Part shown: positions 55,280-63,085 of the stretch, in pieces | How positions within the stretch are numbered: the first letter of the stretch is position 1 | Layout of the letters: the number at the start of each line of letters is the position of its first letter | Source of the DNA: Escherichia phage vB_EcoM_CRJP21 | DNA: 64,000 nucleotides | Direction: 5' to 3' (one strand) | Sequence record: OQ708376.1 | The notes under the pieces: generated by a model | The model's input: only the letters and a program-made list of their open reading frames with translations | What the model was told of the DNA's origin: nothing | The model's database searches: none | Translations under genes and position numbers: made by a program

Positions 55280-55636
55280 ATGGGAATACAACATATCACG
55301 CGTACTACTGACAATGGCGAGATCACTGGTTATCAAGTACAGGGCAAAGTAGCACAATTGCAGTACTGGTTTGTTAAACGTGGAATCATTGCACCGGATC
55401 TTGATTATGACCGTGTAGCGTTTATTGATTCTCTTTATGTTGATCCTGATAGTCGGGGCAATGGTGAAGGTAACGAATTAATGAATGCCTTTATTGATGC
55501 CGCCGATGATTCAGATTGTATCATTTTAGAATGCGATACGGGAGAAGATAACGCCTTTAATCTTAAAGAATGGTACGAAGGTTTCGGATTCGAGGTACTG
55601 ATCGATAGTGAATATCCTATCATGATTTTATCATAG
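55280..55636 (+). CDS. GNAT-like N-acetyltransferase (putative)
   Basis: YVDPDSRGNGEGNELM and NAFNLKEWYEGFGFE resemble GNAT motifs A and B; motif-level only. Confidence 0.45.
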   Translation: MGIQHITRTTDNGEITGYQVQGKVAQLQYWFVKRGIIAPDLDYDRVAFIDSLYVDPDSRGNGEGNELMNAFIDAADDSDCIILECDTGEDNAFNLKEWYEGFGFEVLIDSEYPIMILS

Positions 55637-55638
55637 TA

Positions 55639-55696
55639 CTTGCATTTAGTTTTCAGTAGTGTTATAGTACTTACATCAAGGGGAAACATCTTCCCC
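55639..55696 (+). promoter_or_regulatory. promoter-like + 5' stem-loop GGGGAAACATCTTCCCC
   Basis: weaker -10 (TATAGT). Confidence 0.45.
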
Positions 55697-55708
55697 TACT
55701 AAGAGGAA

Positions 55709-55903
55709 ATGAAAATGGAAAACTTATCAAGTATTTTAGTACAAGATGATTTCGGTAATCCTGGAAGTGCTATCATTGTTCGGGGTAATAAAGCAACATT
55801 TGTTATTGCTGGTGGACCTGTACAGCGTAGCATTAAAAACAATGCCGTTACTATTAATAATGTACGCTATCGCTTAGATAAAGAATTGATTCATAAACTG
55901 TAA
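55709..55903 (+). CDS. hypothetical protein (64 aa)
   Basis: GAGGAAAT RBS. Confidence 0.5.
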   Translation: MKMENLSSILVQDDFGNPGSAIIVRGNKATFVIAGGPVQRSIKNNAVTINNVRYRLDKELIHKL

Positions 55904-55930
55904 TATTAATTTAATAGAGGATAACAATAA

Positions 55931-56254
55931 ATGTACATTCATACTACTATCACAAAGGAAGTCCGTTGCCAGTTCGAAAGTATTCCGGGCGTATGTTTCA
56001 TCACTGGTACGTTTTCCCCTGGTGATCGTGATAATCCAGTACTGTTACAATTACGCCATCCATCATGGGATAAAGCATTTGATCTACCGTTGAATGAATT
56101 CGCAACTACTGCTGAAAAGTACATTAAAAATATTCGCGAGAATGATCGACTATTCATTAATGCTTTTAGTGATTCCGCGTTAAGCGAGATCCACGGTGTA
56201 TTGGTTGCAATCATGGAATCAATGGAGAAAACTAAATTCAAACAAGGTGAATAA
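55931..56254 (+). CDS. hypothetical protein (107 aa)
   Basis: AGAGGAT RBS. Confidence 0.55.
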   Translation: MYIHTTITKEVRCQFESIPGVCFITGTFSPGDRDNPVLLQLRHPSWDKAFDLPLNEFATTAEKYIKNIRENDRLFINAFSDSALSEIHGVLVAIMESMEKTKFKQGE

Positions 56255-56260
56255 AAACTA

Positions 56261-56320
56261 TTGACAAGATAATCTAGTACTGTATAATAAGTTACATGAA
56301 GGGGAGAAATGATTCTCCCC
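56261..56320 (+). promoter_or_regulatory. promoter TTGACA-N17-TATAAT + 5' stem-loop GGGGAGAA-ATGA-TTCTCCCC
   Basis: cassette architecture. Confidence 0.6.
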
Positions 56321-56337
56321 ACTGAGAGGAAAGAAAA

Positions 56338-56550
56338 ATGCAAGGTCAACTAATCGTTCGTAAATGGTCTGATACTAACGCTAAACCGTGGGATGTACAA
56401 TACATCGGACCGGATGGGGTATCACGTTATCAGCCTGGCGTAACGCATAGTACTGAGCAATATGCCGCCGCTCACCGCGAACGCCTGTTAGAATCCATGA
56501 AACAGGGATACGGTGAAAAATTCATTCAAGATCATTGGCTGAAAGATTAA
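56338..56550 (+). CDS. hypothetical protein (70 aa)
   Basis: GAGAGGAAAG RBS. Confidence 0.55.
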   Translation: MQGQLIVRKWSDTNAKPWDVQYIGPDGVSRYQPGVTHSTEQYAAAHRERLLESMKQGYGEKFIQDHWLKD

Positions 56551-56567
56551 TATAAGGAGTACAGCTT

Positions 56568-56660
56568 ATGCAAATGAATCCGATGATTATTGTTTTAGCT
56601 GTACTTATGATCATTCATGCAATAGTAGAAGTATTAACGCAATCAGGAGTAATAAAATGA
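56568..56660 (+). CDS. putative membrane micro-protein (30 aa)
   Basis: AAGGAG N8 ATG; hydrophobic; speculative. Confidence 0.3.
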   Translation: MQMNPMIIVLAVLMIIHAIVEVLTQSGVIK

Positions 56661-56830
56661 TTCAAGTAGAATTATCAGTACTGAAAGATCTGTTTTATCG
56701 GTTAGGTACTACTGGCGAGTATCCTAAAAGTGATACCGCAAAACTTTTTGTATCACTCGACTTATGGCAACGCGAACAATTAGTAATGTCCTGGCGTAAA
56801 GGTAAAGCAGATAGCGAGGTGAAAGCATGA
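56657..56830 (+). CDS. hypothetical protein (57 aa)
   Basis: ATGA overlap; AGGAG upstream. Confidence 0.35.
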   Translation: MIQVELSVLKDLFYRLGTTGEYPKSDTAKLFVSLDLWQREQLVMSWRKGKADSEVKA

Positions 56831-56976
56831 AAGAATTCTTATTCGAAGTAGTGTTTCAAGGTGTCGGTAGTAACCAACTGATTCGCTCAAGTGGTTACAA
56901 TGTTAACCAGGCATGGAATAACATTAAACAAATGTACCCGAACGCTATCACCTATCGCAACCCGAAACAAGTTTAA
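56827..56976 (+). CDS. hypothetical protein (49 aa)
   Basis: ATGA overlap; ends just before terminator element. Confidence 0.35.
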   Translation: MKEFLFEVVFQGVGSNQLIRSSGYNVNQAWNNIKQMYPNAITYRNPKQV

Positions 56977-56990
56977 AAATAATTGAAAAA

Positions 56991-57026
56991 GGGATTGACT
57001 CCGGTCAGTCCCTTTGCTATTATATA
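56991..57026 (+). terminator. bifunctional terminator/promoter element (GGGATTGAC-TCCG-GTCAGTCCC)
   Basis: hairpin; TTGACT-N17-TATTAT; identical copies at 60261 and 62519. Confidence 0.6.
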
Positions 57027-57122
57027 CGCATAGAAACAAATCAGCCCACAGGGTGCATAAATGTATCTATTGTTTGCTGGTGGCTAGTACTGAAAACTAT
57101 TTTTAAAAAAGTACTTGCATTG

Positions 57123-57267
57123 TACTTAGAATCAAGTATAATGTTTTACATCAGGACGGGGAACGAAACAAGTAACCCCGTTAAGTAGTCCAGGAGTAAG
57201 ACATAAGAAAACCTCCCCTGATAAAATAGTTTGACAATAGAAAGTAAACGAGTATAATACTTACATC
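57123..57267 (+). promoter_or_regulatory. tandem promoters flanking about 80 nt structured leader (second copy of 47203-47348 element)
   Basis: near-identical to 47203-47348. Confidence 0.55.
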
Positions 57268-57291
57268 AACCACTGATAAGGAAACATTAAA

Positions 57292-57567
57292 ATGCGGATT
57301 CTACTGACAGCTAACGAAATCGAACAAGTACTGACTACTAACCTGGAAGACTGGAAACGTGAAGCAGATATCCAGGCGGTTCAACGGCTTAACGATGAGT
57401 TAACGCCGGATGACTTAAGCAAGATTGTAGATCCTCAATTCTACGAAGATATCCACGACACCGCGTTAAGCGTCGAGGATGTACTAGATAAGCACTACAT
57501 TGATATTGATTTGCAGGTTTACGGTCGTAAAAACTTTATCACTATTCACGACATTTACAATAATTAA
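57292..57567 (+). CDS. hypothetical acidic protein (91 aa)
   Basis: AAGGAAAC RBS. Confidence 0.55.
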   Translation: MRILLTANEIEQVLTTNLEDWKREADIQAVQRLNDELTPDDLSKIVDPQFYEDIHDTALSVEDVLDKHYIDIDLQVYGRKNFITIHDIYNN

Positions 57568-57570
57568 GTA

Positions 57571-57630
57571 TTGACAAAGTATCTTAGTACTGTATAATAG
57601 TTTACATCGAGAGGGGGAATGGTTCCCCTC
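57571..57630 (+). promoter_or_regulatory. promoter TTGACA-N17-TGTATAAT + 5' stem-loop GAGGGGGAA-TGG-TTCCCCTC
   Basis: cassette architecture. Confidence 0.6.
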
Positions 57631-57653
57631 CTAACAAAGAGAGAGAAATAAAA

Positions 57654-57836
57654 ATGGCTAAATGCACTATCTGTAAGAAAGAAATCGTATTAGTTCCAAG
57701 TGCCCGTGAACGTGCCGCTCGGTTCGGTGGCAAAGCGTCAGACTATACAAAAATGTTTACTACCCATGCAGCTTGCCAGGTAGCAAAACGTTCACAAGAA
57801 AGCGTAGAATTAATGCGTAAACTTTCCAAAAAATAA
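57654..57836 (+). CDS. hypothetical basic protein (60 aa) with CTICKK...HAAC cysteines
   Basis: AGAGAGAGA RBS-like. Confidence 0.5.
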   Translation: MAKCTICKKEIVLVPSARERAARFGGKASDYTKMFTTHAACQVAKRSQESVELMRKLSKK

Positions 57837-57839
57837 GTA

Positions 57840-57900
57840 TTGACAAAGTATCTTAGTACTGTATAATAGTTTACATCAAGCGAGGGGAATGGTTCCCCTC
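57840..57900 (+). promoter_or_regulatory. promoter TTGACA-N17-TGTATAAT + 5' stem-loop (duplicate of 57571 cassette)
   Basis: near-identical to preceding cassette. Confidence 0.6.
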
Positions 57901-57925
57901 CTAACTAAAAGAGAGAGAAATAAAA

Positions 57926-58249
57926 ATGGCTATGATCCTTACCCAGAAAGTAGAACTGAAAATTGTAACCTCCTTTGACATTAAAGTTAATCGCTGGACT
58001 GATCGGAACGGTAACACTTACCACTCTTGCTACGTGTCCGCGTTAATTGGCGACCGCTGGGAAGACTTGGGACATGAAACCTTTACTTACGGTTACGGTA
58101 CACAAGGAGAATACACGGGCTTGGAGATCATTAAAGAAACCGTTATAGGTTTCAACCCGAAAGAAAAAGTTATTCACCGCATCGAAAAAGAGATTAACAA
58201 AGAAATAACAGTTCGCTACTACGATGTAAAACGTAAGAAAGACATGTAA
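57926..58249 (+). CDS. hypothetical protein (107 aa); paralog of 51295-51618
   Basis: shared motifs as noted. Confidence 0.6.
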   Translation: MAMILTQKVELKIVTSFDIKVNRWTDRNGNTYHSCYVSALIGDRWEDLGHETFTYGYGTQGEYTGLEIIKETVIGFNPKEKVIHRIEKEINKEITVRYYDVKRKKDM

Positions 58250-58261
58250 TAGAATCCATTT

Positions 58262-58300
58262 AAAGTACTATTTGACATTGCCCAGATAGTACTTTATAAT
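58262..58300 (+). promoter_or_regulatory. palindrome-containing promoter (AAGTACTAT-TTGACA-...-ATAGTACTT TATAAT)
   Basis: TTGACA-N17-TATAAT with flanking inverted arms. Confidence 0.55.
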
Positions 58301-58344
58301 AGACTCTAACTTGTAGTACTAACTCAACTAATAGGATGTATACC

Positions 58345-58740
58345 ATGATTACTAAATTCTACGCTACCCGTGAAGCTGCCCGTATTGTTGCACGCGAGGA
58401 AGGAGCAGCATTTAAAGACATGGGCAAAGATGCACCGAAAGGTCAACGCTGGGCCGTACAGTTCAAAGAAATCTCTGATATCGTGAATTCACCGGAGCCA
58501 GTACTAACAGCAGCAGAACTAAAACGAGCGGATTTACTGGCGGCAGTACTTAACGCACAAGATGAATTTATCGCTGATTCTGATATCAAAGTACAGACAA
58601 ACCATACCGCTTGGACTCACGCGGATCACCTGGCAAACCTTAAGCGTCCAAGTGAACTGGTTCGCAACCAGAAAGAGATCCGACACGACCGTAAGGGTAA
58701 TCGTGTAACAGTATACAGTAAACGCCGCCAGGTTATCTAA
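58345..58740 (+). CDS. hypothetical protein (131 aa); paralog of 46368-46634
   Basis: ORF track 58336-58740; ATG 58345 matches paralog N-terminus. Confidence 0.55.
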   Translation: MITKFYATREAARIVAREEGAAFKDMGKDAPKGQRWAVQFKEISDIVNSPEPVLTAAELKRADLLAAVLNAQDEFIADSDIKVQTNHTAWTHADHLANLKRPSELVRNQKEIRHDRKGNRVTVYSKRRQVI

Positions 58741-58762
58741 TAACTTGCAGTACTAACAACAC

Positions 58763-58788
58763 GGCGGGATCAGTTCCCGCCTTTTTTA
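58763..58788 (+). terminator. intrinsic terminator (GGCGGGA-N-TCCCGCC + T6)
   Basis: hairpin + T-run. Confidence 0.7.
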
Positions 58789-58802
58789 TAGGATAAACTA
58801 AA

Positions 58803-59057
58803 ATGATTAAGGTACAACTATCTAAAGATAATATCTTGCGGGTACACTATAAAGCACCACAGAGAATCATCACAAAGGCCGTACAGCTTGCTAATGAGTT
58901 TATTAATGGTAACCTATTACCAAGGAAGTTAAGCAACGGAAAACTGCGTGTAATCGATGTAGACACTAACAACAGAATAGTAATTGAGAACACAGGAAAG
59001 ATAAACCTATATGAACACCAACAATATAATAAGAAAATAAAACTAATATCACGTTGA
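58803..59057 (+). CDS. hypothetical protein (84 aa)
   Basis: ORF in track. Confidence 0.5.
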   Translation: MIKVQLSKDNILRVHYKAPQRIITKAVQLANEFINGNLLPRKLSNGKLRVIDVDTNNRIVIENTGKINLYEHQQYNKKIKLISR

Positions 59058-59110
59058 CAGTACTCAATTGTTTTAGTACTATGTACATATACCAACACGG
59101 GAGAAACAAA

Positions 59111-59329
59111 ATGAAATTATCTAAAATCGAAAAGAAAACTATTGATGAAGCAGTTAAGCACGGTTATACCTTTCGTAATGATTCACATTTTACCAATTTT
59201 CAACAAGGGTATCGTACTATTAAAAAACTCATTGACAAAGGTTTATTAGTTGAAGTCAATAACGGCAATGGTATTGAGTATCAACCAACACAAGACGCAT
59301 TTTATTTTAAGAAATATAATATTATCTAA
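59111..59329 (+). CDS. hypothetical protein (72 aa)
   Basis: ORF track 59054-59329; ATG 59111 after GGGAGAAAC. Confidence 0.5.
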   Translation: MKLSKIEKKTIDEAVKHGYTFRNDSHFTNFQQGYRTIKKLIDKGLLVEVNNGNGIEYQPTQDAFYFKKYNII

Positions 59330-59387
59330 TTGACAGTACTCAAATGTTTTAGTACTATATGTACATACCAACACGGGGAAAAACAAA

Positions 59388-59630
59388 ATGATTACTTTAG
59401 AAAAACGTATCAAAGAAACTACATCGCTGGTGGAACTGTTAACAGTACTGAAATGCCGTACTACTCGGTTTAGTACACCGGACTTTATTAATATGGTTGA
59501 TGTTAATGGTCGCTATCGTATCACGGTCGAACAAGGAGCGGCGAAAGTATTCAGTACTAAAAACACTAAGGAAGTGATTCACGCTGTAAGTGTTAAAAAA
59601 GTAGTTGCCATTGATAGTAAAGTACTGTAA
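59388..59630 (+). CDS. hypothetical protein (80 aa)
   Basis: preceded by near-duplicate of the 59055-59110 intergenic. Confidence 0.5.
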   Translation: MITLEKRIKETTSLVELLTVLKCRTTRFSTPDFINMVDVNGRYRITVEQGAAKVFSTKNTKEVIHAVSVKKVVAIDSKVL

Positions 59631-59661
59631 GATAGTTTCATTAACTCAAGGAGAACATGCA

Positions 59662-60246
59662 ATGCGTAATTATACTAAATTCATCCGTACCCTGTCAGAA
59701 ATGGAAACCAACAAAGAGATCCTTTCAGCTTGTCGGTTAGCTGGTCTGGAGATCATCGGTGCGGGTTCTTCCCGTATTGTATTCGCTTTAAATGATCGGT
59801 TAGTGATTAAGGTCGCGAATTGTGATGCGGGTGTAGAACAAAATGAAACTGAATGTAAGGTATGGAATTTTTTAGATTATGACCGCCCTCAATTGAAACA
59901 GTACTTTGCAAAGGTGCATATGCATTTATGCGATCCTGATAATATGTTTATCGTTATGGATCGGTTGAGTACTGCAAGTAAAGGCAGTGTAAAGCACGTA
60001 AACGCGTGCAATGAATTAAAGTACAATATTAAACGTAATGCCATTGAACGCCAGCACCGCTTTGCTGATGCACTACAACACGTTGATGATACATTATCAA
60101 CACTAACGATAAGAGATATCAGAAAACAGAATATCGGCCAGGATCGTAATGGCCTTATTAAAGTACTTGATTACGGTTTAACCCGCAATATCTGGAATCA
60201 GTACTATAAAAAGCGTGATGTAGAAGCAAGTAAGGTAACACGATAA
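59662..60246 (+). CDS. small protein-kinase-like protein (G-loop GAGSSRIV, VIKV, RDIRKQN, DYG)
   Basis: ORF track 59605-60246; ATG 59662 after AAGGAG; kinase subdomain motifs in canonical order. Confidence 0.45.
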   Translation: MRNYTKFIRTLSEMETNKEILSACRLAGLEIIGAGSSRIVFALNDRLVIKVANCDAGVEQNETECKVWNFLDYDRPQLKQYFAKVHMHLCDPDNMFIVMDRLSTASKGSVKHVNACNELKYNIKRNAIERQHRFADALQHVDDTLSTLTIRDIRKQNIGQDRNGLIKVLDYGLTRNIWNQYYKKRDVEASKVTR

Positions 60247-60260
60247 AAAAGATTAAAAAA

Positions 60261-60296
60261 GGGATTGACTCCGGTCAGTCCCTTTGCTATTATATA
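60261..60296 (+). terminator. bifunctional terminator/promoter element
   Basis: GGGATTGAC-TCCG-GTCAGTCCC; TATTAT downstream. Confidence 0.6.
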
Positions 60297-60387
60297 TTCA
60301 TTGAGAGATAACTCACTGACCCATAGGGTGCGGAAGTGTATCTATTATATAAGTATTCAGTACTGAAAACTATTTTTAAAAAAGTAC

Positions 60388-60448
60388 TTGCATTGTACTT
60401 AGAATCAAGTATAATGTTTTACATAGAGAGGGGGAAATGGTTCTCCCT
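60388..60448 (+). promoter_or_regulatory. promoter TTGCAT..TATAAT + 5' stem-loop
   Basis: cassette architecture. Confidence 0.6.
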
Positions 60449-60467
60449 GGTAATAAGGAATAAAATC

Positions 60468-60689
60468 ATGACTACAATGACTTGCATTTACGCTTCCAAT
60501 CTTCTGAATGATGCGGCCTTTAATGTTGATTCAGAATATCAATGTTATCGGGATGAAAATAAAAAAGTTTTTGTAGTTGATAATAATGGTTTCCATATTG
60601 AATTACAATCCGGTTTCACTGGTGTTGATGGTAAATCAGTGTGGGGCGTACAGGATGATAAAGGCACATATCATTTTAAACGTAATTAA
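60468..60689 (+). CDS. hypothetical protein (73 aa)
   Basis: ORF track 60336-60689; ATG 60468 after AAGGAAT. Confidence 0.55.
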   Translation: MTTMTCIYASNLLNDAAFNVDSEYQCYRDENKKVFVVDNNGFHIELQSGFTGVDGKSVWGVQDDKGTYHFKRN

Positions 60690-60693
60690 GTAT

Positions 60694-60751
60694 TGACAAA
60701 GTATATCAGTACTGTATAATAGTTTACATCAAGGGGAGAATAGTTCTCCCC
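60694..60751 (+). promoter_or_regulatory. promoter TTGACA-N15-TGTATAAT + 5' stem-loop GGGGAGAA-TAG-TTCTCCCC
   Basis: cassette architecture. Confidence 0.6.
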
Positions 60752-60773
60752 GATACTAAAAGGAAACAAAATT

Positions 60774-61046
60774 ATGTCCAGCTACTCCGCTACTATGATC
60801 ATTAAAGATATGAACGGTAATCCTACTTCTGCTGGTGGATCATTTGGAAACATTAATTTAGATGGTCGGTTATCCATGCAATCAGCCATCGATGCAGCGA
60901 AAGAAGTTTTTAAGAATGAATGTACTGTTAGTAAGATGGATTATATGGGATTCGCTATCGAGAAAACTAATCGTTTTGTGAACTACAAAAATCCACTGAT
61001 GATTGATACTAACCTGAAAGCTAACGAAGTGGGGTACTTATTATGA
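60774..61046 (+). CDS. hypothetical protein (90 aa)
   Basis: AAAGGAAAC RBS. Confidence 0.55.
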   Translation: MSSYSATMIIKDMNGNPTSAGGSFGNINLDGRLSMQSAIDAAKEVFKNECTVSKMDYMGFAIEKTNRFVNYKNPLMIDTNLKANEVGYLL

Positions 61047-61234
61047 CAGTAGAAGAAGTTAAAAAAGTACTGGCAGTACTACGCTATCATAATCATTGCA
61101 AGGTGAAGAATGATCCTGATTATGTTGATTCATCCCTGGAGGAAGACACATTAAACGCAATAAGCCATATGCAAACATTAGCAAAGCGTATGACCGAAAA
61201 GAATAGACCGGACTATATCGGAAATAAAATTTAA
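61043..61234 (+). CDS. hypothetical protein (63 aa)
   Basis: ATGA overlap. Confidence 0.45.
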   Translation: MTVEEVKKVLAVLRYHNHCKVKNDPDYVDSSLEEDTLNAISHMQTLAKRMTEKNRPDYIGNKI

Positions 61235-61242
61235 AAAGTACT

Positions 61243-61302
61243 TGCATTGTAGTTAGATTAACGTATAATGTTTTACATAGAGCGGGGGAATAGTTCTCCC
61301 GC
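61243..61302 (+). promoter_or_regulatory. promoter TTGCAT..TATAAT + 5' stem-loop
   Basis: cassette architecture. Confidence 0.6.
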
Positions 61303-61320
61303 CAGTCCAGGAGATACACC

Positions 61321-61584
61321 ATGAACACTATCGAAATCACTATCAATGCACACGTATACGACAACGTAGTACTGCAAACTACTATGACCGCTAATGATAC
61401 CAGTACTTTGCGGAATACCGTTGTAAGTGCTGTATGTGCTGCAATCGGTGATGTAGCCCTGGAAAATGCAGAACACATCAACAACGGTTTCACTATGTGC
61501 AAACGTGATAACGCAAAACATATCATCTTAGAAGGTTACGGCGGTGTAGAATATAATCTTTATATGAAAAAAGTACTTGCATAA
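61321..61584 (+). CDS. hypothetical protein (87 aa)
   Basis: AGGAGAT RBS. Confidence 0.55.
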   Translation: MNTIEITINAHVYDNVVLQTTMTANDTSTLRNTVVSAVCAAIGDVALENAEHINNGFTMCKRDNAKHIILEGYGGVEYNLYMKKVLA

Positions 61585-61632
61585 TAACTAAAACAAAGTA
61601 TAATGTTTTGCATAGGGGGAGATATCCTCCCC
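61576..61632 (+). promoter_or_regulatory. promoter TTGCAT..TATAAT + 5' stem-loop GGGGGAGA-TAT-CCTCCCCC
   Basis: overlaps 3' end of upstream gene. Confidence 0.55.
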
Positions 61633-61651
61633 CACTAAAAGGAGTAATAAA

Positions 61652-61876
61652 ATGGCTAACTTTGATGAACTGATGCGGGAAGTAGCTAACCTGGCAGAAG
61701 AGAAGAAATCATTCGATTCTATCTATAACACCGCTCACCGTGATTCAGTACTGGCATGTACTCAGGATCAAAAAGATGAACTAATCGCCACCTATCATGA
61801 AGCATGGAAGTACTACCGACAATGGGAGAAAGAAGAAAGTGAGTCTACCATTGACGGCCTCAATAATCTAATCTAA
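61652..61876 (+). CDS. hypothetical protein (74 aa)
   Basis: AAGGAGT RBS. Confidence 0.55.
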   Translation: MANFDELMREVANLAEEKKSFDSIYNTAHRDSVLACTQDQKDELIATYHEAWKYYRQWEKEESESTIDGLNNLI

Positions 61877-61887
61877 AAGTTTTATTT

Positions 61888-61923
61888 CAGTACTATTGAC
61901 ATAGCTTGATAGTACTGATGTAA
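61888..61923 (+). promoter_or_regulatory. palindrome-containing promoter (AGTACTATTGACATAGCTTGATAGTACT)
   Basis: same architecture as 51227. Confidence 0.5.
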
Positions 61924-61952
61924 TAACTTTACTAACTACAAGGGGAAACATA

Positions 61953-62210
61953 ATGGAACAGTTCACACAATATCGGGTAAATCCTCAAGCTATGGCCTAC
62001 GTAGAAGACCATAAAACATTACCAGTACTGCAACCAGTTAAAGGCCATATCTATCGTGCTATGTCGTGGAGTACTGCACAGGATGGATATAAAACCGTTG
62101 CCGTGGGTATGTATTGCGGGAATGGTGAATGGTTTGATCCAAATAATCCGGTAGCCATTGACAGTACTGAAAAAATGAAATGGGCCGACTACATCGAAGA
62201 TATTTCATAA
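61953..62210 (+). CDS. hypothetical protein (85 aa)
   Basis: AAGGGGAAAC RBS. Confidence 0.5.
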   Translation: MEQFTQYRVNPQAMAYVEDHKTLPVLQPVKGHIYRAMSWSTAQDGYKTVAVGMYCGNGEWFDPNNPVAIDSTEKMKWADYIEDIS

Positions 62211-62216
62211 AACTAT

Positions 62217-62280
62217 TTGACAGTACTAACCAGTAATGTATAATGTTTTACATAGAGCGGGGGAATAGTTCTCCCGTCAA
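62217..62280 (+). promoter_or_regulatory. promoter TTGACA-N16-TATAAT + 5' stem-loop
   Basis: cassette architecture. Confidence 0.6.
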
Positions 62281-62299
62281 TAGTTTGGAGTAAAACATT

Positions 62300-62500
62300 A
62301 TGTCTATCGCTATCGCCCTGGTTGAAGTACTGAAAGAAGCTAAAGCCAACCTTATCGATGTACAGATTAAGGAATTACAAAATGGTTTAATCGGCTGTAC
62401 TTGTACCGCTGGTGGAGCGGCAGACTATCGGGAATTCGAATCACTTGAATCGATGGTCCGTTATCTTACCATGATCGTAGAAGATTGGAGAATCATCTAA
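62300..62500 (+). CDS. hypothetical protein (66 aa)
   Basis: GGAGTAAAAC RBS. Confidence 0.5.
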   Translation: MSIAIALVEVLKEAKANLIDVQIKELQNGLIGCTCTAGGAADYREFESLESMVRYLTMIVEDWRII

Positions 62501-62518
62501 CAAAAAAGAATAAAAAAA

Positions 62519-62554
62519 GGGATTGACTCCGGTCAGTCCCTTTGCTATTATATA
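62519..62554 (+). terminator. bifunctional terminator/promoter element
   Basis: GGGATTGAC-TCCG-GTCAGTCCC; TATTAT downstream. Confidence 0.6.
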
Positions 62555-62664
62555 CTCATAGACAAAAACTAGCCCACTGGGTGCAGGAGTGTATCTAAAA
62601 TATATAGTTAATAACGGTGAGTAACTATCTGCTGGTGGGGTGAAAACTATTAATAAAAAAAGTA

Positions 62665-62695
62665 TTGACAAAGTATATCAGTACTGCAATAATGT
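62665..62695 (+). promoter_or_regulatory. promoter TTGACA-N17-GCAATAAT
   Basis: hexamers read; -10 weaker. Confidence 0.45.
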
Positions 62696-62746
62696 ATCTC
62701 GTAGGGCGGCAATGGTGCGACGGCCCACAAAGTTAGGAGATTCAAA

Positions 62747-63079
62747 ATGAGTACTTCAATCGCTATCGTTAAAGCTTTCATCCGTACCAATGTTTCATCT
62801 GTATTCATCGACGGTCTGGATCGGGAAGTAGAATACTCAATCATTATCGCACAGACTGCAAACGGTGCTCGGTATATCCTTAATGATAGTGAAGCAAATC
62901 ACTACTACTTCACTAAAGCTACTGGCTTTAAACGCATCGATGCTGACGTAGTATACACTAAGATGAATAAGCTGGTAGACAAGATTAACGCGAAAGGTAC
63001 TATCGATTTACAGTACTGGACCGAAACCGATCCAGAATATGGATCTCACCGCTACCTGAATCCAGGTATTAAAATGTAA
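62747..63079 (+). CDS. hypothetical protein (110 aa)
   Basis: TTAGGAGAT RBS. Confidence 0.55.
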   Translation: MSTSIAIVKAFIRTNVSSVFIDGLDREVEYSIIIAQTANGARYILNDSEANHYYFTKATGFKRIDADVVYTKMNKLVDKINAKGTIDLQYWTETDPEYGSHRYLNPGIKM

Positions 63080-63085
63080 AAAGTA

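Noticed and set aside
55939-56349. Minus-strand ORF of 136 aa
   Set aside because: It overlaps + strand gene 55931-56254 and the following promoter cassette; no independent signals.
61059-61526. Minus-strand ORF of 155 aa
   Set aside because: It overlaps three + strand cassette genes; shadow ORF.
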